From positions 1 to 60,573 of the forward strand of contig JBNAVB010000002.1 of NCBI GenBank assembly GCA_049699715.1: a stretch of 60,573 nt of DNA, in the 5' to 3' direction. This document shows positions 27,467-36,639 of the stretch, in pieces. A program made the position numbers and the translations under genes. Position 1 is the stretch's first letter; the number at the start of each line of letters is the position of its first letter. The notes below the pieces were generated by a model. That model was not told the DNA's origin, made no database searches, and was given only the letters and a program-made list of their open reading frames with translations. The DNA comes from Candidatus Pacearchaeota archaeon (GTDB taxonomy: Archaea; Nanobdellota; Nanobdellia; Pacearchaeales; UBA284).

Positions 27467-29125
27467 TTAATCTGAAAATTTGAATCTCGCTTCTGCTCCT
27501 ATTTTCCAGAGGTTTTGGTTTTGATTGCTGCCCTTTGCTTCGATAGTTTCAACTGAGATTATGCCTTCATTTTGTGCTTTCCCCAATCCAATATAAAACT
27601 TTTTCTTGCCTTCTCCAAAATCAATTCCGCCTCTTATTCTTCCATTATCATAAACTGAATATCCAAGCTCAACTTTAATCTCTGAATACCCCCTTCTTCC
27701 ACCGATTCTTTTAAAATCTAATAAAAGATAAGGCCCGTAAAGCTTTGTTAATAATTCAACATCTTTATATTTCTGTATCAATGCTTTTTGTCTGTCATTC
27801 ATTGAAGCATTTCTTGTAAGCTCTTCTTTTTCACTTAGATATTTTGAAAGCTCTTTAACATAGCCCAATTTTAACCAGTCAAGAGCTAAGATAATTCCAA
27901 ATCCAAATGAACTGTTGTTAATCTGGGCTTTCAATGCATTTACAAAACTGCCTGTTTGATAGTTAAATTGATTCTTCACAGCCCATTCATTAGAGTTGAA
28001 AAAAGCTTTGTCAAAATAAAATCTGTTGTTGACATTCCCGTTTTTATTTATTGAAATCAAGAAATTAAATAAGTCTGTGTTAATCTGCTCTCTGCCGAAA
28101 TCTCTTGTTCTGTTTCGAGTTTCTGTGCTGTAAGCGAAAGGAATAGTATCACTGTAAGGCTGATTGCCTCCCAAAATGTCAACAATTGTCTGTCCATTGA
28201 CATTAACAATTGAGTTTAGGTTGTTCCTTACCTCATTCTCGACAATATGATGCTGTAAAACCGCGCCTAATGCTAATTCCAATGGAATTTTTGCGCTAAA
28301 TTTTTGATTATATAGGATTCTATATTTGGTTATATCTTCTTTATTTTTGATAATTGTCTCGAGGTTTGTCAATACATTAGTTAGCGTATTTGTTCTTGTG
28401 ATTATTGTGTAAGGGCCTTCTAGAGTTCGCGTTGAATCTCTGTAATTTTCTAAGAATGCATCTATTGTAGTAATTGTATTGTTTTTTGTTGTATTATATC
28501 TCCCAATTTGGATAATAGCACTATGATTCTCTCCATTCATCTCAGCGCCCACTCCCCACATGTTTCCATTATTCTCCTGCTCTTCACTTGAAATCTGTCT
28601 GTCTTGCTGATAACTCCATGCTCTTCCATTTTGGATACTATTAATCGTATTTCGAAAATTTGTTAATGTGTCTGTTCTTGTGCTAGATTCCTTGCTCAAT
28701 TCTATATTTGGATTGACTTGCCAGTTTTTTCCATTAATCTTAGTCATCCCCCCAACAGCCGCATTATTCCAAATGTCATTGAATCCGCTTTTAAGATAAG
28801 GTCTCAAGCTAAGATTCCCATTTGGGTTCGCTTCGCCATCCAAATATAATCCAAAATAACCTTTTCCGCCGAATTCAAGTTTGCCGCCATAATTATGGTT
28901 TTTTTCTCCGTTTTCTACTTTGGCACCTGCTTTAACAGATGAGGTCATCGGAGGAATTGTTTCTGGAGAAATTATAATTTTATTTTCAAGAGTGTCTTTT
29001 TGAGTAGCTTTTTTATCTTCATCATCTTCAAAAACGTTAATCTCCGGCGGCTGTAAAAGAGGTTCTACATCCAGATTCTGCGAAAATAAATTCAATGCGA
29101 GTAAGCCTGTGCTTAATATTCCCAT
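27467..29125 (-). CDS. beta-strand-rich protein (552 aa) with porin-like amphipathic strands
   Basis: Gly/Asn/Tyr-rich sequence. The C-terminal part alternates hydrophobic and polar residues (YSEIKVELGYSVY, KFYIGLG, GIISVETIEA, LWKIGAEARFKFSD). It is the first gene of the operon. Confidence 0.7.
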   Translation of the reverse strand: MGILSTGLLALNLFSQNLDVEPLLQPPEINVFEDDEDKKATQKDTLENKIIISPETIPPMTSSVKAGAKVENGEKNHNYGGKLEFGGKGYFGLYLDGEANPNGNLSLRPYLKSGFNDIWNNAAVGGMTKINGKNWQVNPNIELSKESSTRTDTLTNFRNTINSIQNGRAWSYQQDRQISSEEQENNGNMWGVGAEMNGENHSAIIQIGRYNTTKNNTITTIDAFLENYRDSTRTLEGPYTIITRTNTLTNVLTNLETIIKNKEDITKYRILYNQKFSAKIPLELALGAVLQHHIVENEVRNNLNSIVNVNGQTIVDILGGNQPYSDTIPFAYSTETRNRTRDFGREQINTDLFNFLISINKNGNVNNRFYFDKAFFNSNEWAVKNQFNYQTGSFVNALKAQINNSSFGFGIILALDWLKLGYVKELSKYLSEKEELTRNASMNDRQKALIQKYKDVELLTKLYGPYLLLDFKRIGGRRGYSEIKVELGYSVYDNGRIRGGIDFGEGKKKFYIGLGKAQNEGIISVETIEAKGSNQNQNLWKIGAEARFKFSD

Positions 29126-29305
29126 TCTTTCCCTTTAGCCTTATTATTTAAATAGCTCTCGACTATTTATTTTTTACTACCCTATGTTTTCTATGTTTTT
29201 ACTACTTGGAAGATATTTAAATCTTTCTCTTGTTGAAACAAAAAAGTAGTGACAAAGTGGTGGTAAAAAAAACACAAAATAAATAAAATATTTTTTCTTC
29301 TTTTT

Positions 29306-30718
29306 GTGATGAAACTCGTTCCAATACTTATTTTAAGCTTGGTTTTAATTGCAATTTTTCCGATGGTTAAGGCCTTAACCATCAACGAAATAATGTACAA
29401 TCCTGAAGGGGATGATAACAATAGGGAGTATATAGAAATTTATTTTGAAAACTGGACTGATTTAACGGGGTGGATTATTGCAGATGTCTCTTCAAATGAT
29501 ACTCTTATGCCTTTACAAGAATCGACGAGCAATTATGCCTTGATCGTCGAAGATGGTTTCAACTATACGGGCATTGATGCGTCGGTATATTCTGCTGGGG
29601 CAACTATCGGAAATAATCTGAACAACGACGGCATAGAAGTAATCTTTCTTTATGACTCTAATCAAAACCTGATAGCAACAGCGACCTATAATGATTCAAT
29701 GGGCGCAGATGGTGATGGTAAAAGTTTGCAGCTGTGCAATAATTCCCTTCTTGCAAATTTTCCAACTCCAGGAACACAAAACAATTGCTCGCAAGGCGGC
29801 AACGAGCCCCCACAGCAGCAGGAGTCTTCAATAAAGATTGTCGACTCCCCAAAAAATGCAAAATTCGGAGATGAGATTGAAGTCGGGCTAGAAATTTATA
29901 GAGGCAACACCTCAAAATATGCAGTTTATATTTATGTAGAGGACAAGGATGGCACAGATGTCAGTAATAAAGTAACATTGCACTGCGATGACAAATTCAC
30001 AAATTATACCGAGACTGTTGAACTTGAATTAAAATGCAAGGAAGAACAAGGGGAGTATGTTATTGTCGCAGAGGGTTTGAATGAGCGTGATGAAGAAGAG
30101 ATTAAAATAGAATCATGCCATGAGCTCCAAAAAGAAGAACAAGGAACAGGACAAGAGGGAAACGAAGGAGTCACCATCGGAGATTTTACTTATAGTATAA
30201 CAATTCCGAATAAAATTTATCTAAATCAAGAGTTTCAAGTTAAAGTTAAAATAGAAAGCCAAGCCGAACAAGAGCAAGAGTTCCTTGTTTGGGGTTACAT
30301 TTATATCGGAAGCAAATGTTATTCTTGCACTGACACTATTACAAGAGAAAGCAATGCCAAGTCCATAATAGTGTCTTCTGGGGATTCTGCAGAGGTTTCT
30401 CTCGTGAACATTGTAGGATCAGATTCAGCAGAACCAGGGACTTATAAGTTAAAAGTAAAAATTTTGCAGCAAGGTTTGAAAACTCCTAAAGAATTCACTT
30501 ATAACATCACTCTTGAATCAAGCACTTTATCGCAAACCACAGCGCAACAATCTCAACAATCACAATCATCTGTCCTACCCCCATCAACATATGCCGCTTA
30601 TTCTTCAAATACTAACACAACAGAATCAGAAAGCTTCTCGTTCATAAAAATAGGGCCCTATATTTTGGTTTCTCTCGCTTTGCTCGCAGCGATTTATCTG
30701 ATAATCACAAAAATTTAA
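29306..30718 (+). CDS. lamin-tail-domain surface protein with C-terminal TM anchor (470 aa)
   Basis: Signal peptide, LTD pattern INEIMYNPEGDDNNREYIEIYF...LTGWIIAD...NNDGIEVIFLYD, S/Q/T-rich stalk, and a terminal hydrophobic helix. Confidence 0.75.
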   Translation: MMKLVPILILSLVLIAIFPMVKALTINEIMYNPEGDDNNREYIEIYFENWTDLTGWIIADVSSNDTLMPLQESTSNYALIVEDGFNYTGIDASVYSAGATIGNNLNNDGIEVIFLYDSNQNLIATATYNDSMGADGDGKSLQLCNNSLLANFPTPGTQNNCSQGGNEPPQQQESSIKIVDSPKNAKFGDEIEVGLEIYRGNTSKYAVYIYVEDKDGTDVSNKVTLHCDDKFTNYTETVELELKCKEEQGEYVIVAEGLNERDEEEIKIESCHELQKEEQGTGQEGNEGVTIGDFTYSITIPNKIYLNQEFQVKVKIESQAEQEQEFLVWGYIYIGSKCYSCTDTITRESNAKSIIVSSGDSAEVSLVNIVGSDSAEPGTYKLKVKILQQGLKTPKEFTYNITLESSTLSQTTAQQSQQSQSSVLPPSTYAAYSSNTNTTESESFSFIKIGPYILVSLALLAAIYLIITKI

Positions 30719-30749
30719 TCACTTAATTACAAAAATTTAAAAACAACTA

Positions 30750-31256
30750 ATGCAAGAATCTAGCATGGACAAAAGAGAAATCAAGGAAAAAGTAACAAAA
30801 GGATGGCTTCGCGTTGCTTTAATTATCGAGGTGTTGGGAAAGCCAGTGGACTATCTCGAGAAGGCTCTTAGCATGGCAGTAGATGCTTTAGAAAAAAGCG
30901 GCAAAGCAAACATTCTTGAAAAGAAAATTCATCCAGCAAAAGCGCTGCCCAACACAAAAGAGGTTTTCACAACTTTCGCTGAAATCGAGATTCTCGTGCA
31001 GGACATTTCAAAATTAATCGAAATTATTTTCGATTACATGCCAAGCTCGATAGAAATTATAGAGCCAGCGAACTTTTCATTGAAGCTTGAGGATGCAAAT
31101 GCAGTCTTAAACGATTTGGCAACAAAACTCCATCAGTATGACACTCTTCTCAAAAAATCAAGGCTCGAACTCGAGATTCTCGCTAAAAGGCTGAAGGAAC
31201 TCGCAGAAAAATCTGGGGAGAAATTGGGCGAGAAGAAAGAAGAAAAGAAAAAATAA
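30750..31256 (+). CDS. hypothetical protein (168 aa), helical K/E-rich C-terminus
   Basis: ORF only; no family recognised. Confidence 0.5.
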   Translation: MQESSMDKREIKEKVTKGWLRVALIIEVLGKPVDYLEKALSMAVDALEKSGKANILEKKIHPAKALPNTKEVFTTFAEIEILVQDISKLIEIIFDYMPSSIEIIEPANFSLKLEDANAVLNDLATKLHQYDTLLKKSRLELEILAKRLKELAEKSGEKLGEKKEEKKK

Positions 31257-31275
31257 AGTTATCTTAAAATTATTA

Positions 31276-33723
31276 TTAAACTCTTGTTATCCCAGGGGGT
31301 CTCTGAAATCTTTTTTCATATGCCCTTGAGGTTTCTTCGAGGAACTCTTTCATCTCTTTTTTGGGTTTCTTTTTCAATACATATAGTATTATTAATAGCA
31401 CAATTACAACTACAACTATAATTATCAGTGCAATTGTGGTCCCTTGCCCTCCTACCTTCTTACAGCTATCAGCAGGAATGCAACAAGCATAACTTTCTTT
31501 CGATGTAGTAAGATTTCCTGTGCAATTTTCATTTGTTTCATTGCAAATCTTCCCCCCCATCTCGCTGCAGTCCTTTAATTCTATGGCTAGGCCTATAACA
31601 TTAATCTTTACAGGCAAACTCGCCTTTATCTTTTGGCTATCATAGTTTGCAGTTACTTCAATCTCACCGCTGAAGTTGTCAACCCGGGCAGGCATAAATG
31701 AGATAGTTATATTCCTTGTTTCATCTTTTTCAAGCTTATCAATATAAGAAGGATTTATAGTTATTGAACCTCCCATAAGGGTAAGTGGAGTAGAATGTCC
31801 AAACAGCAAGCCTGTTATGTCCCTGTCCATCTGGTTTGAGATTCTTACTGTTGTCGTGAAAGGCTCATTAACGTTGATAGTTTTAGTGATGTTTCTTTCA
31901 ACAAATCTAAAGTACTGAAGCAAGCTCTGGTTTATCTCAGTTGTTTTGTTCTTGGTTTCTTCTTGGGTTTCATTTATTATTTCTTCTTGCTTTGATTCAT
32001 TGATTTCTTCCTCGCTCGCGTTTATTGTACCGTTAGTTTGTTCTTGGACTGATTTTTGCGTAAAAATAACAATAGGGATGCTATAACTGAAAATTTTGTC
32101 AGAGATTTTTGTTTTGTAGTCTAAGGATAATATTTCAACTAAGGATCTCCCATCGGTTGTGGTGAATAAAGGAACATTGAACTTGACATTTTTGATTGTT
32201 CCAGAATCAATCTCGAATTGGGTAGTAGAATTTAGCAAGCCCGCGTTAACCATAATTGTTTGTGTTCCTTTGTTATTCAGTATCAAACTGAAACTGCCTA
32301 GACTATCAGTCTTGACAATTCCCGGCCAAATCGTTATCACAGGCTCAATGTCCTTTGCCTGAAAAGCATAAGCCAAAATTATGGCTTTGTCCTTTAGCAT
32401 TGCAGAGCTCGAGCTGAACTGCCCCAACAGCCATCTTTCTCCTTTTGCAATCGCTTCGAGAAACTCAGAAGAGCTTTCACTGTTCACGTGGCTTTTCACA
32501 GCAAGAATCGCAATCGAGGTCGCTCGGATGTCTGGTTGATAGTCTCCACTTTTAGGCCACCATCCTGCGCCTGTCTGCGAGCCAAGCAGCCACGTCAACG
32601 CATCTAAATCACTTGTTATGTAATAAACGACTGCCTTTTCTTCTACAGAATTTGCATTTCTATTGAGCCATGAAATCGCAACAATATGATTCGTTGAATT
32701 TGCATTAAAGTTTGCGGTTTTAGCCAAAGCCATCAAAGCAAAAACTGTAGATTCCTTATCACAGTTGCCTGTAAAAACATTATTAAAATTAGAAACAAAA
32801 CATCCCCTGTTATTCAAGACTGTCTGAACTGCCTGCCCTTCTCCTAAAGCAATAGATTTAGAAAATTGTTTGTATGTGTAGACTATGTTGCCGTTGACAC
32901 TTGAGTTACAGCTCACTTTCACAGTAATTATTTCATCAGTCACATTACTGAAGTCCAAGTCAAGAGAATTGCTTCCAGCAACGAGCGAGATATTTGAAGT
33001 TTCATTGTTTATCGAAAGATTGCATTCTTGGCTCAGGCTCGAGTTCAAATTCAATTTCCAGCTGCCTTTGTTGACATAGCTCTGTGCTGCTTCAATATTG
33101 TTAATCATCTTTTGTCTAATTAGACTGTCTTTGAAAGCCATGAGCGTGAGGGCATTGAAAAAAGTGCTGCAATTTATTTTCAAGCAAGAATCGCTTCTGT
33201 TGACAAACGTTCCTAACGCTTGTTCATAAGTCTTATCATCATGCGCCAAAGCCATCGCGCTCAGGAGATGTTCGTCCAAGTCCAAAGATAGGAACTTGTC
33301 TTTTACCAAAGGTTTAAATTCCAAGTATTTTGAAGCTATCGTGGTCTCTACTTTAAAATTAATTTCTGAAACATAAAATCCGTCTGGACAGTTCCCTCTC
33401 ACTTTAACACTGTAATTGCCCCCCCCAGGCAACAGGTCGAACCATGCAAAATATTTTGTGTTAGTCACTTTAGTCAAGAATATTGTTACAGGAATTCTCG
33501 TCTCGCCTTTGTAAAGAAAAATGTCACTAGTAAGAATTTCTTTGATTGTCGGCGCATCTATTTCAAGCTGCACAGTCTCTTGAGGCAAATAACTTGTCTT
33601 TGCAAGTTTCAAAGAAATGCAGTTTGCCCCGCTGGCAAAACCTAAACTTACAATCCCAATAATAGATATGCTAATTATAATTATAAAACTAAAGACAGCA
33701 AGTGGCTTTTGCTTTAACCCCAT
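31276..33723 (-). CDS. single-pass surface protein (815 aa), paralogue of 34110-36527
   Basis: Signal/anchor and a large ectodomain containing GAGWWPKSGDYQPDIRATSIAILAV. It has one 6-Cys module (CSEMGGKICNETNENCTGN...YACCIPADSC), a TM helix and a basic tail. Confidence 0.75.
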   Translation of the reverse strand: MGLKQKPLAVFSFIIIISISIIGIVSLGFASGANCISLKLAKTSYLPQETVQLEIDAPTIKEILTSDIFLYKGETRIPVTIFLTKVTNTKYFAWFDLLPGGGNYSVKVRGNCPDGFYVSEINFKVETTIASKYLEFKPLVKDKFLSLDLDEHLLSAMALAHDDKTYEQALGTFVNRSDSCLKINCSTFFNALTLMAFKDSLIRQKMINNIEAAQSYVNKGSWKLNLNSSLSQECNLSINNETSNISLVAGSNSLDLDFSNVTDEIITVKVSCNSSVNGNIVYTYKQFSKSIALGEGQAVQTVLNNRGCFVSNFNNVFTGNCDKESTVFALMALAKTANFNANSTNHIVAISWLNRNANSVEEKAVVYYITSDLDALTWLLGSQTGAGWWPKSGDYQPDIRATSIAILAVKSHVNSESSSEFLEAIAKGERWLLGQFSSSSAMLKDKAIILAYAFQAKDIEPVITIWPGIVKTDSLGSFSLILNNKGTQTIMVNAGLLNSTTQFEIDSGTIKNVKFNVPLFTTTDGRSLVEILSLDYKTKISDKIFSYSIPIVIFTQKSVQEQTNGTINASEEEINESKQEEIINETQEETKNKTTEINQSLLQYFRFVERNITKTINVNEPFTTTVRISNQMDRDITGLLFGHSTPLTLMGGSITINPSYIDKLEKDETRNITISFMPARVDNFSGEIEVTANYDSQKIKASLPVKINVIGLAIELKDCSEMGGKICNETNENCTGNLTTSKESYACCIPADSCKKVGGQGTTIALIIIVVVVIVLLIILYVLKKKPKKEMKEFLEETSRAYEKRFQRPPGITRV

Positions 33724-34109
33724 TTTAATCTATAAAGAAAAGAAAAATGTATTTAATAAATTTTGCTTTAAGTGTTTTACATGTCAGGATGATTGGATGA
33801 AGGTTTATTCGAAGGTTCTGATATCCTTACATCCCAATAACCAGCTCCAAACCGTAATCTTCCTCAATTAGATTTAGTTCTTGTAAACTTAAATCACGGT
33901 TTTCTATAATAATGTAAGCTGTCATGCGCTTCTTTTCCACCCTATTTTATCTTGCATCTAAGTCTTACTTTTAATTCTTTCAATTTGTCTTCTGTTAAAG
34001 GATCTGTAGTTTGATACATATAAGACATTAAATTGTATAGCAACACAGCTATATAAAAATTAAAAATTTATGAAACTATATAAAAATTTATGAAACTTAG
34101 AACAGCAAT

Positions 34110-36527
34110 TTATTTCTTGCTCATTTTTTTCAATTTGCTCAATGTTTTCTCGAGCTCGCTTTCGGTCTTGCCTTTTGGCTTTGTTGCCGTTGCCGTCGCA
34201 GGCACTGATGGTGTGGGTCCTAGCACTGGTTTTGCTAAAGGTTTTAACAATGGCTTTGGCTGAGGTCTAAATAATGGTCTCGGGCTTATTCCTGGTCCTG
34301 GGGTGCTAGGCCTTACAACAGGCCTAATTACTGGCCCTCCAAACGGTCCCCCGAACGGGCTGACTTTCTCTTTGGGTGGCCCTTTCTTCTTTTTCATGAC
34401 TAAGAAATAATAAGCCGCTCCTCCACCGAGAATTACTACAATAATTATTATCCATATCCACCACAATCCAGCAGGCTTCTTACAAGTTCCATTGACACAA
34501 CATTTCAATTGATTTGGGAATTCTGCCGAATATGTCATAGTACCACTGCATTCCTGATCTGTGGTGCATATTGTTCCTCCTTGTTTGTTGCAAGATTCTA
34601 AACATTGGCCCTCGCAGCACTCTTCTTCGTCTCTTGTTTCAACAATGTTTCCAGTGCATTCCTCGCCTAGCAAGCATTTCGCTCCGATACTTGAACAACT
34701 CTTATCTGGAACACATTTTACATTTCCCCCTACACAACATCTTTTTGAATCGGGGGTAGTCGTAAAGTCAACAACACGCCAAGTTAGTTTATTAATACAC
34801 ACCTCATCTGACTGGCATTCAGTACCTATATCGGGACAGTTCTCTTCGCTGGTTCCTCCCGAGCATTCTCCTAGGCAACATGCGCCATCAAGGCTTTCAA
34901 CTTCTTCGCCTAAACACGTTTCGCCTAAAAGCGGATCGCAAATTGTTCCATGCAATTCATCACAAGTTGATTCAGCGTAAGCCTTGCAGCAATACAGAAA
35001 GTCAGGGCAGAATATTGTTTCTATCTCTGTTTCATTCTCTTCGCATAGCTCTCTGCATGCACCTCCGGCACTAGTACATTCTGCTTCTCCTGCGCCTATA
35101 TATTTGCAGCAGATCTCGCCTGTTTCACAAGCCGCGTCAGGAATCTCAATCTCGTCGGGATTGCAAGTAATATTAGTGGTGCATCTGTAATCATAGCCTA
35201 AATCAAGACAGTTGCCTCCAGGGCCTACACCGACTCCAGGGCATAATCCCGGCCATAAAACCCATAACGCGAATGCAGTGTCCCTTATTGGTTCTTTCTG
35301 CGACTCACCATAGCCAGCCACAACCAAGCTTCCGTCTGTGCCTTGATTTGAGATCAAATAATTTTTTGCTTTAGCTATCGCATCAATACCACTCGCACCT
35401 AGAGCCAAACCAGCATGAGCAGTGTCATAAACTCTTCCATAGGTAATTGGTTGGATTAACCAGTAACCTTTGTCTGTTCCAACGACTTTCTGCGCAGCAA
35501 GAATTTCCGTGTTGTAACGCTCGCCACTGGTTATAGGATATAAAAAGGAAGAAGGGAAAAATCGTATGTTATCTTCAGAAAAAACTACAAGATAGGGCAC
35601 AAACATCTTTGCGCGCTCTCTTTCCTCTGTATTAGCTGAAGTTGCTAATGCATAAGCGCTCCATGCTGTCCCTTCATAATCACAGCCTTGTCCTATACCA
35701 ATAGGATTTGCAAGACAATAACTTATAACCTCAAGCTCGAGGGGATTTGGCTGATCCTCAAGTTTTTCGCTTCCAGGCACTCCCGGCCTGCCGCTCTCGG
35801 TTTGGCTTGACACGTGCCAGATATTCGAACCAGTTTTCTTGTAAAGAAGCGATGCTCGGTAAGTCGTCGCATTACTCCAGCATTTGATAGTATAAGTATA
35901 AGAATAACAATCTTTATCAGCGCGAATCTTAAACCAGTAAGGTTCTGTAGTATCAGTGTAAAAACATTTGCTTGTTCCATTCACGATAGAGACCTTTTTA
36001 TCAGCAGCAACTTCAAACATCTTTTCTTCATTGCCGCCGTATATTATCTCGCAGGAAGCATTTGAGCCCCTGTCAATATCAATCTGTAAATACCAGTTGA
36101 TTCCCAAAACCTGTGTCATGTTCCTCGAAAGAATCCATTTGGTGACCTTAGTTGTGTTGTCACCCCAGCTGTCAAGCGCGACTTTCGCTAATGCCGTCTC
36201 TGTTAACATGCAACCGTCTTGGCTGGAAGGCTTGCTAGGCCCGGCGCCCCAACAACTCAGGTTCTGCGACGAAAATCTTTTAGCATAAAGCGAGGAGTTA
36301 CCAGGATTGAAATAACTTTCATTGCATCTTAGTGCGAGGACAGAAAAAACATGTTGCTTGATGTTTAATGTTTGCCATTTCCCTTGGACTTGTTTAATGA
36401 GCCAATCATAAGTTTTAGCCACTTTCTGCTCTTCAGTTGTGCCGCCAGCTTGCGCAGCGATATGAGAAATCAGAAGTGTGGCGATAATAAGACCGATAAA
36501 AACAATTAATGCACTCTTTTTTACCAT
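34110..36527 (-). CDS. single-pass surface protein (805 aa) with an array of 6-Cys modules and a Pro-rich cytoplasmic tail
   Basis: Signal peptide, ectodomain (NQGTDGSLVVAGYGESQKEPIRDTAFALWVL), Cys-rich array at aa 428-683, TM at aa 687-711, and tail PFGGPFGGPVIRPVVRPSTPGPGISPRPLFRPQPKPLLKPLAKP. Confidence 0.8.
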   Translation of the reverse strand: MVKKSALIVFIGLIIATLLISHIAAQAGGTTEEQKVAKTYDWLIKQVQGKWQTLNIKQHVFSVLALRCNESYFNPGNSSLYAKRFSSQNLSCWGAGPSKPSSQDGCMLTETALAKVALDSWGDNTTKVTKWILSRNMTQVLGINWYLQIDIDRGSNASCEIIYGGNEEKMFEVAADKKVSIVNGTSKCFYTDTTEPYWFKIRADKDCYSYTYTIKCWSNATTYRASLLYKKTGSNIWHVSSQTESGRPGVPGSEKLEDQPNPLELEVISYCLANPIGIGQGCDYEGTAWSAYALATSANTEERERAKMFVPYLVVFSEDNIRFFPSSFLYPITSGERYNTEILAAQKVVGTDKGYWLIQPITYGRVYDTAHAGLALGASGIDAIAKAKNYLISNQGTDGSLVVAGYGESQKEPIRDTAFALWVLWPGLCPGVGVGPGGNCLDLGYDYRCTTNITCNPDEIEIPDAACETGEICCKYIGAGEAECTSAGGACRELCEENETEIETIFCPDFLYCCKAYAESTCDELHGTICDPLLGETCLGEEVESLDGACCLGECSGGTSEENCPDIGTECQSDEVCINKLTWRVVDFTTTPDSKRCCVGGNVKCVPDKSCSSIGAKCLLGEECTGNIVETRDEEECCEGQCLESCNKQGGTICTTDQECSGTMTYSAEFPNQLKCCVNGTCKKPAGLWWIWIIIIVVILGGGAAYYFLVMKKKKGPPKEKVSPFGGPFGGPVIRPVVRPSTPGPGISPRPLFRPQPKPLLKPLAKPVLGPTPSVPATATATKPKGKTESELEKTLSKLKKMSKK

Positions 36528-36639
36528 ATTTTTTATAAGTGTAGGGCATTTAAAATACTTTCGCTATTTTATCACGACTATCATGCAGCCATTATTATAA
36601 GCTATACAACTAATTAACTAATTACAACTAATTCTTTTG

